Sequence record: MN453779.2
DNA from: Aeromonas phage PS2
DNA: 40,000 nt
Strand: one strand, 5' to 3'
Of the stretch, positions 26,782 through 36,195 are shown one piece after another; the first letter of the stretch is position 1; each line of letters starts with the position of its first letter. The position numbers and the translations under genes are program-made. The notes under the pieces were generated by a model, which saw nothing but the letters and a program-made list of their open reading frames with translations, did no database searches and had not been told where the DNA came from.

Positions 26782-28305
26782 ATGAACCAACTTAACAGTA
26801 TTTACCAATCCATGCTCAAATCCTGGGGTGTAAGTTTCACTCCCGATCACGAACTGATCCTGAATATGGCTGGTCAAGAAGTTCCAGTTAAAGTAGAAGA
26901 TAAGCAAGTCTATCTTCCCACTAACGATAACCTTAATGGTGTTACCATTGGTAAGGTATTCTTCCACCCTGCTTGTGAATCGGTAATGTCTAAGGAGACT
27001 GAGATCTTCAAAGTTATCCGTAAACTTACCTGCGCTCGCATCTATCAAGTGTTCCAACCTATTGCACAAGTGTTGTTTGCTGTGGCTGGTAAGAAGACTG
27101 GTAAAACTACTTCTGGTAAGATGCTGGAGAAACTGGAACCTTTTAAGAACGCTTCTAAAGAAGTTAAAGAAGACGTTCTTACTCTGATCAAAGGAATTGG
27201 AATCACTCTGGAAGGCACAGGTATTGATAATCGTCTTATCAACTGGAATCTGATCAAAGGTGGTAAAGATGATCAAGATCGTCACGTTTACTATACTGCC
27301 ATCCCAGATTACCCGTATTACCTGGAACTGTGCCGCATAGTAGCTCAAAACGATCATGTCAAACAAACAGGTCGTTTGAACTTCAACAACAACAACGTAA
27401 GTAAAGCTGCTATGGAGTTGGTGATTTATCTATTCGAGATGGTTTTCCCATCATGCCTGGATAACACTATAGCGAGTTACTCCGTGGTATCTCCTGACGC
27501 CGCACGTTTAACTGCTTACCTGCACTCTTACGGCTTGGTAGTAAGTGAGCTCAATTCCCTGATCAGCAAGTTCCGTAAGGATTTCGATACCATTGGTATT
27601 TATGGCATTGAACTAGACTGGCTGACTGAACTGGATTCATTGGGTGAATACAAAGGTCTTATTCCTCCCCTGGATTACAACAACTACAACGTAACCACTT
27701 CTGGTGACAATGTAGGAAGTCGTGCTCCTAGTAAAGCTGTCACTACCTTTAACCTATTTGGTAATAACGCGACCCAACAAAACCAGCAACAACAAACCAA
27801 TACAGCTGTAAAGCAACCTAATGCTCCAGCGGCTCGTCCTGGTGAGCATTACATGGGATGTGACTACACCGAGTCCAATGGTGTATTTGAGTTTAAGTTC
27901 CAAATGCCTGGTGGTTTGATTCGTTCTGTATCAGTAACCGAAGATAACCGCATTATCAATGAGATTGTAATTAATCCTGCGATGAGTGCGATGAACGGTC
28001 TGGGGAATACTCCTCTCGGAGGTATGAATGATCCACGTTTGCTTATGGCTCTTGCTCAAATGCAAAACAATGGTATTCCTCCCCTGATGGGTATGGGGAT
28101 GAATAATGGTGGTGGGTTTGTTCGTGACCCATATACTGGTCAAATGGTTCCTACCGGTGGTAATAACGGCTATAACAACAATGGTTATAACTCAGCACCA
28201 CTTGGTACCAATGACGCGTGGGGGAATAACAGCAATCAATATCAACCTATGGACGCTTATACAGCCACTGGCGCAGGTGGTACTGTAGGTGTAAATAACT
28301 TCTAA
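26782..28305 (+). CDS. hypothetical protein, 507 aa, with Gln/Asn/Gly/Met-rich C-terminal tail
   Basis: Long ORF; low-complexity tail QQNQQQQTN...MGMGMNNGGG...NNGYNNNGYN. Confidence 0.85.
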   Translation: MNQLNSIYQSMLKSWGVSFTPDHELILNMAGQEVPVKVEDKQVYLPTNDNLNGVTIGKVFFHPACESVMSKETEIFKVIRKLTCARIYQVFQPIAQVLFAVAGKKTGKTTSGKMLEKLEPFKNASKEVKEDVLTLIKGIGITLEGTGIDNRLINWNLIKGGKDDQDRHVYYTAIPDYPYYLELCRIVAQNDHVKQTGRLNFNNNNVSKAAMELVIYLFEMVFPSCLDNTIASYSVVSPDAARLTAYLHSYGLVVSELNSLISKFRKDFDTIGIYGIELDWLTELDSLGEYKGLIPPLDYNNYNVTTSGDNVGSRAPSKAVTTFNLFGNNATQQNQQQQTNTAVKQPNAPAARPGEHYMGCDYTESNGVFEFKFQMPGGLIRSVSVTEDNRIINEIVINPAMSAMNGLGNTPLGGMNDPRLLMALAQMQNNGIPPLMGMGMNNGGGFVRDPYTGQMVPTGGNNGYNNNGYNSAPLGTNDAWGNNSNQYQPMDAYTATGAGGTVGVNNF

Positions 28306-28321
28306 ACAACAATAAGGTAGA

Positions 28322-28351
28322 CCTGTAAGTCAGCTAATGCTGACTTACAGG
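28322..28351. terminator. bidirectional terminator hairpin between convergent genes
   Basis: CCTGTAAGTCAGC-TAAT-GCTGACTTACAGG, perfect 13-bp stem. Confidence 0.75.
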
Positions 28352-28366
28352 CTATTTTACCAATAT

Positions 28367-28705
28367 TTAATTTTCTCTTCTCACTCTAGTTACTTGGATA
28401 ACAGAGTTAATGTTTTCTCTAGTAACAGTCCAAAACCCTTTTAAGTGGGAGAAATCTTGATTAGGATTCTCTATTCCATTTAAATAAGAAATAGTCCAGA
28501 TCATATCTTCAGGAATAAGACTATTCATTCCCCCCATACTCCTAAGTAGTTTATGAAAATTGTTGCGATAAGCGAACCGTAAACTATCATCTACAAAAGG
28601 AGAGAATGAAGCTCTAGCTAAAAGGATTTCTTTACAACTTCGAATAATAGTTTTGTATTCTTCAGTGTAGAAAAAAGAATTACCAGAGTTCATAGAAATT
28701 GGCAT
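28367..28705 (-). CDS. hypothetical protein, 112 aa
   Basis: Minus-strand ORF filling an otherwise empty gap; AAGGAAA ribosome-binding-like sequence upstream on the minus strand; convergent terminator. Confidence 0.65.
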   Translation of the reverse strand: MPISMNSGNSFFYTEEYKTIIRSCKEILLARASFSPFVDDSLRFAYRNNFHKLLRSMGGMNSLIPEDMIWTISYLNGIENPNQDFSHLKGFWTVTRENINSVIQVTRVRREN

Positions 28706-28738
28706 GACAAAAGTTTCCTTTTATTAATTTTTTACAAG

Positions 28739-28766
28739 CCCTATAATATTTCAGACCGATATTATT
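28739..28766 (+). promoter_or_regulatory. recurrent promoter-like motif, copy 6
   Basis: CCCTATAATATTTCAGACCGATATTATT, 30 nt before the RNAP gene start. Confidence 0.6.
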
Positions 28767-28795
28767 AGAATGTAATTCTAGGGAGATATTTAAAA

Positions 28796-30898
28796 ATGAA
28801 AGACAAGAAACCTAAAAACCAACTTACCCATAGAACAAATGGTCTAGCGGTCGGGCTGAACGCATGTAAAGTCTCTTCATCACCTGCTAGATTATACATG
28901 CTTTCGAAAAATCTCGGCAAAGCGGCGGTAGTCTGGCATCCGACAAATAGGAAGTTTAGCGCTGGCGATGAAGTCGAGTATGGGAAGACTGCTCGAAAAG
29001 TAGAAGCAGAGTCTGATGTGGAAGTTGAGGCTATTTTCTTTCCACGTAATATCCTTAACACCACCGAGCCTAATCTTTGGGGTAAAGTAAACGTTATAGT
29101 TCGTAATCTAGAAACAGGAATCTATGACGTGATTGAACTGGAAAAGTTCAATACTCAAAACATGGATTTGGGATTCGAGTACAAATACGATGATGATCTA
29201 CTTCGTAGTATCAAACCTGGTAGTCAATATCGTAAAGGGACTGTGTTTGGACAATCAGCTCGTATTTCTGAGAGTAATGAATGGTGTCCAGGTATTGAAA
29301 CTAAAGTAGCTGCTATGAGCCACGTCTATACAGAAGAAGATGCTGTTCTGATCTTTGAAAGTTATGCACGTAAGGTTGGTGTTACTTTTAGTCGTAAACA
29401 TGATTACCAGTGGAACGAAGAAGAGTTTATTCCGCTTAACTTGTACGGTAGCGCTGATAAACCACAACTCTGTCCACTGTCTGGCGAGCGCGTTCGGGAA
29501 GACGGTATTGTAATGGGGTTTCGTCGTAAGGATCCTAATGCAGGTATCTCAGGGATGACTAAACGCTCCCTGATGATTCCAGATCCTATTTACGATGTAT
29601 TGTTCTACTCCAGCCCAAACTGTATTGTAGCTGACATCGAAGTTCAAACAGAACGTTACAAGAACCAATCTAATAATCGTAAAGCTGAGAAGCTCACTCA
29701 ACCTCACACTTTGATCTTGGAAAAGATCGAAGAAGAATATAACAACTATTATAACGATATTGTTAAATGGTTCGTTAATAAAGAACGTCAATATGCTGAC
29801 AATGTTCCTTTGTCAGGGAAACTCTGGAATCTGATCTTTATGGCACGCGGTGCTATTACAAGGGATTTCAGCACTCCTCACTCTAATGGTAAATTCCATA
29901 AGGTAAAACGTAAAATCCACAACATCAATCTAAAGGACTGGCGTATTATCGTTACTCTTAAGGAAGATGTAGAAGGTAAGGTACGTTTCAAGAATACTGG
30001 TATGGATGGTAACAAATCCGTTATCATGAAAATCTTACCTGACTCTATGGCGCCTGTAGATGAGTATGGTAACAAAGCTGATATGATTGTGGGTAATACA
30101 CCTGCATTTCGTCGTCAAACTTTGGGGTCGTTGATCGAGCTTGACGTGAACTTTGTTAACCAATATGTTTACAGAGAGATTAAACAAGCTTTTGAAAGTA
30201 AGGATTACGTGACAGCTTGGGATAAAGCACATCTGTTCTACAAAACAGTTAATCCCTCATTTGGGGAACTGGTAGAACAACTGAACGCTGAAGAACGAAT
30301 GGCTCACCTAAGATGGATTATGAAAGATGAGAATGAATTCGGTATTCTAGCACCTTCCGGTACTGATGACATAGGGATTAAGATCACTGAACGTTTGGCT
30401 GATACTTATGCTCATATCAAACCAACCCCTGTTACTTACATGAACGAGAATGGAGTCAAGATCACTACCATTCACCCTATTGTAATTAGTTCACTTTATT
30501 ACTTGATGCTGGATAAGTTTGGTGATGACATTAGTTGTCAATCTATGCCCAAACTTAATATCTTTGGACTTCCAACCTCACTTAGTAAGCACGAACGTTC
30601 TCGTGACTTCTATCGTGCCACGTTGAACCGTAACGTTGGTGAAACTGAAGGTCGGTTGTTCGTTAACCAGAAAGGCGGAGCTGCTGCTGTACGTAGTTTG
30701 GCACTAGCTAACAGTCCTGAGTTGTTAAGCTTGGCTGGTAAACGTATTATCCGTGCTGATAATCCATTCTTGATTAAACATCTGATTAAACCAGGTGAGG
30801 AACGACGTAACCATTCTCTACAAGTGATTGATAACATCATGAGTGACTTTGGTCTTAAGCTTAGAACAGAGCGTTCTAGCGACCGTACCCACGATTAA
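28796..30898 (+). CDS. RNA polymerase beta C-terminal subunit (phiKZ gp71-73-like), 700 aa
   Basis: FKNTGMDGNKSVIMKILPDSMAPVDEYGNKADMIVGNTPAFRRQTLGSLIE matches bacterial beta GDKxAGRHGNKGVV...DMPxxxDGxxxDxxLNPxGVPSRMxxGQxxE; VNQKGGAAAVRSLAL matches the GG..FGEMEVWAL region. Confidence 0.85.
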   Translation: MKDKKPKNQLTHRTNGLAVGLNACKVSSSPARLYMLSKNLGKAAVVWHPTNRKFSAGDEVEYGKTARKVEAESDVEVEAIFFPRNILNTTEPNLWGKVNVIVRNLETGIYDVIELEKFNTQNMDLGFEYKYDDDLLRSIKPGSQYRKGTVFGQSARISESNEWCPGIETKVAAMSHVYTEEDAVLIFESYARKVGVTFSRKHDYQWNEEEFIPLNLYGSADKPQLCPLSGERVREDGIVMGFRRKDPNAGISGMTKRSLMIPDPIYDVLFYSSPNCIVADIEVQTERYKNQSNNRKAEKLTQPHTLILEKIEEEYNNYYNDIVKWFVNKERQYADNVPLSGKLWNLIFMARGAITRDFSTPHSNGKFHKVKRKIHNINLKDWRIIVTLKEDVEGKVRFKNTGMDGNKSVIMKILPDSMAPVDEYGNKADMIVGNTPAFRRQTLGSLIELDVNFVNQYVYREIKQAFESKDYVTAWDKAHLFYKTVNPSFGELVEQLNAEERMAHLRWIMKDENEFGILAPSGTDDIGIKITERLADTYAHIKPTPVTYMNENGVKITTIHPIVISSLYYLMLDKFGDDISCQSMPKLNIFGLPTSLSKHERSRDFYRATLNRNVGETEGRLFVNQKGGAAAVRSLALANSPELLSLAGKRIIRADNPFLIKHLIKPGEERRNHSLQVIDNIMSDFGLKLRTERSSDRTHD

Positions 30899-30930
30899 GA
30901 AGTTCTTTTAGTTTAGTAAAAGAGGATCCG

Positions 30931-32955
30931 ATGAAAACAATTAGATTAAGAGAATTTGCAGCACTTGATCAAGTTACAATGCTCAATATGACAGAGCGTC
31001 GTTATAAAGTGGAAGTGATCGATGATCAAGGGGAAAAAGTTATCACTGATAGTTGGCTATTGGCTATTAACTGGTACACTCTTATCCCTCATCGTTACTT
31101 CCACAATGAGCCTTATTATATTGACGAGGTAATCGTTCTGAAGTCCAAGGAAGGACGTCAGAGCTTTATTGACGATGATAAGTTGAAACATCCGGTGGAC
31201 AACTTCCTAGGTCGTATTATGCCTAAGAACGACGATCCCGCTTTCTACGATATGATTAAACAATTGATTTTTGTTTATCATAACGCTTGTCATAACTATT
31301 TGTGCGTTAAATCCGAGCACGGTGTTGTATCGGCTCGTTCTATGGACGTGTTACATGTACTGAGAAATCCAAAGATCGCTGATCTGAAGAAACGTGTTCA
31401 ATCAGGTCAAACTTGTATGGCTGATGGAGCTAAAGAGTTTGAACAGATCATGATGACCGAGCCTGATTTTGATAAATCAGTATTTGGGTTATTGTACCGC
31501 ACACGTTCTGTATCAAGCGTCCAGTCATTCCAGTTGGTAATAGCTCGTGGTGATGTAACAGATCTTAACGGAACTATTCTCCCTAATACCATTATGGAAT
31601 CGTACGCTGATGGTATTACCAATCTTGCTGATAGTCTAGCTGACTCTAAAGGTGCTGGTTTCTCGTTGATCTCTAACGGACAGGCACTACAGGACTCTGA
31701 GTGGTTCCACAAGAAGATCCACAACGTTGCTCAGGTAGTTAAAGGTATTGACTACCAAAAGGACTGTGGGAGCACTACAGGGACGATTGTAAAGATTGTC
31801 TCTAAAGAGTTTAAACAGTCTTTGGCTGGGAAGTGGCGAATCCTGGAAGATGGTTCTTTGGAACTATTGATCGGTAAAGCGTTGGATAAGATCGAAACTG
31901 GAGAAAGGGTAACTTATCGCTCTGTAGCTTGGTGTCGACATGGTAGAACAGGAAGACCGTGTTCCGTGTGTTTTGGTAAAATGGAATCAGCACTGCCGTT
32001 TAACCCTTACACACGAAGAGGAGCAGTTCCTGGATTGTTCTACGGCTCTACTCTTGCTGAACCTATTGGTCAATCTATCCTTAAGACTAAACACCGGATT
32101 GGTTCTGCGTCAGCTAAAGGGTTTGTAGTTAATCGAGCTGATGCTGATTATATTACTGGTGATGAGTCTGGTGACTATATCTACTTTAAGAAAGAGATCC
32201 TTAATGAAGATTCTGATCCATATTTGATCTTGGATAAGGAAACACAGCAAGACTTCTCCGACTTTAAGTTTATGGAAAACTTGGAAGATATTGATCTGTC
32301 GCGTGTTCTTAGAACATACGAAACAATTAAACTGCGGGTAAGTATTTCTAACCCTATGTTTGAGAGTAAGAAAGCGGTTCATTATCCCATCATCACCACT
32401 ACTGTTGCAAGTCGCGATGCAAGGATGACCAGAGCGCTTGTAGAGTACTTGTTGGAGCAACCTATAGAGGAGGAGGGTAAAACCTTTAAGATCTCTCTTA
32501 AGGGGTTTGACGCTAAGGAGCCGGCATTTGAGTTACCGCAAGTAAACGAGGACTTGGATGCCTATCGTAAGAGGGTAGAAAACAAGTTTAAGTTTGATGA
32601 AGTTAAGAATCGTTGGGATCACTGGATTACACCTGAAATCTTTGGTGAGTACGTGGTATCTCTTTGGAAGGTAATTGATGAGAAGTACAAAGGTGCTAAC
32701 ATCATCATGACTGATATCTTCCTCTGGGCTTGTACAGCTATTGATCCTAATAACCTGGATTATGGTTTGCCTGGTGAAGCTGACAAACGTGTGTTTGTTT
32801 CACTGCACGAGTCTATTATCCATGGTGGTATGAGTAATGCGCTAGTATACGGTTATCAGAAAGAAAGCTTAATTAACGAACCATATCGGTTCCTTGTTAA
32901 GAACCGTAAGGGCGGTGTACTGGAAGCATTCATGAATCCAATCGCAATTAAGTGA
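30931..32955 (+). CDS. RNA polymerase beta' C-terminal subunit (phiKZ gp74-like), 674 aa
   Basis: WCRHGRTGRPCSVCFG zinc-like motif and GLFYGSTLAEPIGQSILKTKHRIGS, equivalent of the beta' trigger-loop helix GxIAAQSIGEPxTQxTxxTFH. Confidence 0.85.
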   Translation: MKTIRLREFAALDQVTMLNMTERRYKVEVIDDQGEKVITDSWLLAINWYTLIPHRYFHNEPYYIDEVIVLKSKEGRQSFIDDDKLKHPVDNFLGRIMPKNDDPAFYDMIKQLIFVYHNACHNYLCVKSEHGVVSARSMDVLHVLRNPKIADLKKRVQSGQTCMADGAKEFEQIMMTEPDFDKSVFGLLYRTRSVSSVQSFQLVIARGDVTDLNGTILPNTIMESYADGITNLADSLADSKGAGFSLISNGQALQDSEWFHKKIHNVAQVVKGIDYQKDCGSTTGTIVKIVSKEFKQSLAGKWRILEDGSLELLIGKALDKIETGERVTYRSVAWCRHGRTGRPCSVCFGKMESALPFNPYTRRGAVPGLFYGSTLAEPIGQSILKTKHRIGSASAKGFVVNRADADYITGDESGDYIYFKKEILNEDSDPYLILDKETQQDFSDFKFMENLEDIDLSRVLRTYETIKLRVSISNPMFESKKAVHYPIITTTVASRDARMTRALVEYLLEQPIEEEGKTFKISLKGFDAKEPAFELPQVNEDLDAYRKRVENKFKFDEVKNRWDHWITPEIFGEYVVSLWKVIDEKYKGANIIMTDIFLWACTAIDPNNLDYGLPGEADKRVFVSLHESIIHGGMSNALVYGYQKESLINEPYRFLVKNRKGGVLEAFMNPIAIK

Positions 32956-32961
32956 AAATGT

Positions 32962-32988
32962 CCTACCTAGACACGTTGTTTAGGTAGG
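32962..32988 (+). terminator. intrinsic terminator
   Basis: CCTACCTAGACA-CGT-TGTTTAGGTAGG, 12-bp stem followed by TTTTATTT. Confidence 0.75.
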
Positions 32989-33007
32989 TTTTATTTGGAG
33001 TTTAGTT

Positions 33008-33355
33008 ATGAAGCGTCTTTTTCTGATTAAAGCTGGAACTGATCTACTTCCTTATTTGATGCCGAAGTTAAATCAAGTTCACGTCCCTAAAAAGAAACGC
33101 GGTATAATGAAAGCAGGAACCGATCTTGTTCTTATTTATAGCAAAGGGAAGTGTTTGGTACAACGGGCGGATATTCGTACTCCCTATCGACACATGATTT
33201 TCACGTTCAATATTACAGATTGGCATAAGTACATTTACCCTATGGAACTTACCTGTCTTTCCACACAGGGGCTAATAACAGATCAAGTAGACGGGTTACC
33301 TTGGGTTCAACCCGATGGATTTAAACCAAGTAGTGTAAATGTTAAAACATATTAA
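33008..33355 (+). CDS. hypothetical protein, 115 aa
   Basis: ORF with GGAG upstream. Confidence 0.65.
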   Translation: MKRLFLIKAGTDLLPYLMPKLNQVHVPKKKRGIMKAGTDLVLIYSKGKCLVQRADIRTPYRHMIFTFNITDWHKYIYPMELTCLSTQGLITDQVDGLPWVQPDGFKPSSVNVKTY

Positions 33356-33364
33356 GGATAAATC

Positions 33365-33760
33365 ATGAAAAAGTTTTATTGCTTTACTGCTGGTCAATTG
33401 GTACCTTCCTGGGTTGTCGATTTTGTTTCCCACGACCGTGAATCAGAATTTAATAATAAAAATGCCAAGATAGTTTTCTCCAGTTCTTGTATAGGTATTA
33501 AAGAAGACGACGGACATGTCAAACTTCTTAGACTCAATGATAAAAATGATGACCAAAATCATTTTTATATAAAAATTGACGATATGGTTAACGCAGATGT
33601 TGGTGGTGTCGGTAAGGGTCGCGGTATTCATATCTCAAGTAGAAGTCACCAAAAAGATTTTGGTAAGGGTCTTCACTATTCACACTCTATTGTAAATGGC
33701 AAAGAAGTCCTAACTCAACTGAAAGGATCCGATGATGTCTCTATCCAAGGAAGTAAATAA
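33365..33760 (+). CDS. hypothetical protein, 131 aa
   Basis: ORF with AAGGATAA upstream. Confidence 0.7.
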   Translation: MKKFYCFTAGQLVPSWVVDFVSHDRESEFNNKNAKIVFSSSCIGIKEDDGHVKLLRLNDKNDDQNHFYIKIDDMVNADVGGVGKGRGIHISSRSHQKDFGKGLHYSHSIVNGKEVLTQLKGSDDVSIQGSK

Positions 33761-33862
33761 ACTCTTTGACGAAATAGAGCTCAAAATCTCTAAACTCCAA
33801 AAGAGACAGGTTGAGCGCAAAGAACCTGCTCAAACCCCTAAAAAGTCATAGAAGTAAACTAA

Positions 33863-33882
33863 GGAGTGGTTTTCACCACTCC
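33863..33882 (+). terminator. hairpin, possible terminator
   Basis: GGAGTGGT-TTTC-ACCACTCC, flanked by a further GTAAAC/GTTTAC pairing. Confidence 0.55.
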
Positions 33883-34001
33883 GTTTACAAAAGTGCATTA
33901 ATAAAAACAGTGGATATAATTCGTTAGAAACCAATCTTTTGTGACCCCTTTCCTAGAGGTTAAATGATATAACGTTTTATGTGTTCTGATGGAGATACCT
34001 A

Positions 34002-36143
34002 ATGAGAAAGACGTTAGAGGTTTATAAAGCTAGTACCTACGTTAGGCTCACTGGGTATAAACCGGAATTAGTTAAACAGATATTAATGCCTTTTTGTAAA
34101 CGTAACTTTGCAAGAGTACAAAAGGTTCCAGGTGATTTATACGGAACACATAAGTGGGAAATCACCCATGTGTTCGCGAGATTCAATAATGATAAAACAG
34201 AATTAAGGTTCTGTTCATCAATGCTACCTGAACTAATTAAACTCATGACTAGTTCCGGTTATAAAGAGTCACGCATTTCTATTCAAGACGAAAAGGTAAT
34301 TAAACCTAAAAAGGTAGTATTACCTTTACTTAATCCAAAGATTAAACCAAGGGATGAAGAACAGGAAGAGTTCTGCGAGTTCATGATGAACGAAGATCCT
34401 CTTTCTATTAACAACCTTCCGCCGGGGAGGGGTAAAGCACAGCCATTATCATCACTAGTCAAAGTTCCAAATGGCTGGAAAAAGATGGGTGATATCCGAC
34501 CGGGTGATAAAGTTACCGCTTGGGATGGTACAACTGTTAATGTTCTTTCTATACATCCACAGGGTGTGAAAGACATTTACGAGTTCACCTTTGCTGATGG
34601 AAGAACAGCTAAAAGTACCCTAGATCACCTTTGGAAGGTCTTTGATGCTGTATTGGATACTTGGGTGGTGTTAACAACCAAAGAGATCATACAGGGCGAT
34701 GTAAAGCGTTTTTCAATACCATTGTTTAAACCTTCAAAAGAAGAATACGAAGATTTAAATAATCAGTTGGAAATGAACTGCTTGGTAATTGATGATAAAG
34801 TTGAAGAACGAACCTTTATGGCGAGTCGTGCCGAATACATTACTGAGTCAGTAAGATCGTTAGGTGGAATTTGTGAGTGTAAATATAGTGATGGATTTTT
34901 CACAGTAACTGGAGACATAAGTCCTGTAGAAAATAAACTCGGTATTGTGTCGGTGTTCAAGATCAGTCAAGAAGAAGCTCAATGTATTTCTATTGACCAT
35001 CCAGATCACTTGTACATCACTGATAACTACGTAGTAACACACAACACGTTCTGCGCCCTATACTCAGCACACCATGTTGGTGAAAGAGTTCTTATCACAG
35101 TTCTGCCACGGTTCGTTGATATCTGGGTTAAAGCGTTTGGTGAGTTTTACAATATCAAACCTGAAGATGTAGTAGTGGCTGACATCATTGGCGTTCCTGA
35201 ACTACATCAAGCTATCGTTAATAACGTGATAGACCCTAAGATCATCATTCTTCCTTTAACTAAGATTGATATTTATCTGAAGAAAATGAGAGATGATGAA
35301 ACTCTACCAAGTCTTGATCAAGTGTTCAATGATCTTGGTTGTGGGATCCGTGTTATTGACGAAGCGCATGAATCGATCTATTCGGTTTATAGTAGTTTGA
35401 TGTTTGGTAACCACAAACGCACTTTTGTGTTATCAGGGACATTGAAAGGTGATGATGAATTTGTAAACAAAATTTACAATGCAATCTTTCCCTTTAGTTG
35501 TTACCTGAGATCTCCAGAACACACACCTTACATGCACGTTGTTGCTTATTTCCATCGAATGGATTTATTTAAACATCGTATAAATACAAAAGGTTTTGGT
35601 GGTTATAGCCACGTAAAATTTGAGCAAGGGATATTAAAGAAACCTTGTTTATTTGAAAACTACTACCAAATGCTTTTAGGTGCGTATAAACAGTTTTATT
35701 TGGACGACTACTTAGAAGGTCAAAAGTCAATGTGGTTTTTTGCCACTACTGAGTTTTGTGATAAGTTCAATGAAAGGTTACTTGTTGACTATCCAGAGTT
35801 AGATTCTATTGTCTTTAACTCTAAGACTAGTAAAAAGGACCCAAATGGATACAGAGAACACACCAATGTCGTAACAACGCCAGGATCTTGCGGTACCGGA
35901 AAAGACATACCCAAGCTCTTTACAGTGTTCTCACCTATAGCTGTGTCTTCTTCCCAGCGTAACAACCAAATGGTCTGTCGCACTAGACCAGTTGATAAAT
36001 GGTGGCCAGAACTAATGCCGTACTTTGTTTATTTTGTTTGTCAAGATGAGAAAAAGCAAGTAGAGTACGGTAGAAAGAGAAGGGAACTTTTTAATGGTGT
36101 TTGTAAGAAGTTTTCTATTATCGATAGTGGTGTAAGAATGTAA
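34002..36143 (+). CDS. DEAH-type SF2 DNA helicase (UvsW-like) interrupted by an intein, 713-aa precursor
   Basis: Walker A split as NNLPPGRGK / TFCALYSAHH; VIDEAHES motif II; FVLSGTLKGD motif III; QMVCRTRPVD motif VI-like. Confidence 0.85.
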   Translation: MRKTLEVYKASTYVRLTGYKPELVKQILMPFCKRNFARVQKVPGDLYGTHKWEITHVFARFNNDKTELRFCSSMLPELIKLMTSSGYKESRISIQDEKVIKPKKVVLPLLNPKIKPRDEEQEEFCEFMMNEDPLSINNLPPGRGKAQPLSSLVKVPNGWKKMGDIRPGDKVTAWDGTTVNVLSIHPQGVKDIYEFTFADGRTAKSTLDHLWKVFDAVLDTWVVLTTKEIIQGDVKRFSIPLFKPSKEEYEDLNNQLEMNCLVIDDKVEERTFMASRAEYITESVRSLGGICECKYSDGFFTVTGDISPVENKLGIVSVFKISQEEAQCISIDHPDHLYITDNYVVTHNTFCALYSAHHVGERVLITVLPRFVDIWVKAFGEFYNIKPEDVVVADIIGVPELHQAIVNNVIDPKIIILPLTKIDIYLKKMRDDETLPSLDQVFNDLGCGIRVIDEAHESIYSVYSSLMFGNHKRTFVLSGTLKGDDEFVNKIYNAIFPFSCYLRSPEHTPYMHVVAYFHRMDLFKHRINTKGFGGYSHVKFEQGILKKPCLFENYYQMLLGAYKQFYLDDYLEGQKSMWFFATTEFCDKFNERLLVDYPELDSIVFNSKTSKKDPNGYREHTNVVTTPGSCGTGKDIPKLFTVFSPIAVSSSQRNNQMVCRTRPVDKWWPELMPYFVYFVCQDEKKQVEYGRKRRELFNGVCKKFSIIDSGVRM
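34437..35045 (+). mobile_element. intein (203 aa), no homing endonuclease domain, Ala1 / C-terminal HN / Thr+1
   Basis: Block A AQPLSSLVKVPNGWKKMGDIRPGDKVTAWDG, block B-like STLDHLW (T-x-x-H), C-terminal SIDHPDHLYITDNYVVTHN|T. Confidence 0.85.
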
Positions 36144-36152
36144 ATAAAAACT

Positions 36153-36184
36153 GACTCTACCAAGCTTTGATGCTTGGTAGAGTC
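36153..36184 (+). terminator. intrinsic terminator
   Basis: GACTCTACCAAGC-TTTGAT-GCTTGGTAGAGTC, perfect 13-bp stem then TTTATT. Confidence 0.75.
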
Positions 36185-36195
36185 TTTATTAAAGG

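Noticed and set aside
26620-27366. 248-aa minus-strand ORF
   Set aside because: Antisense to two well-supported plus-strand genes with intact RBS spacing; no supporting motif.
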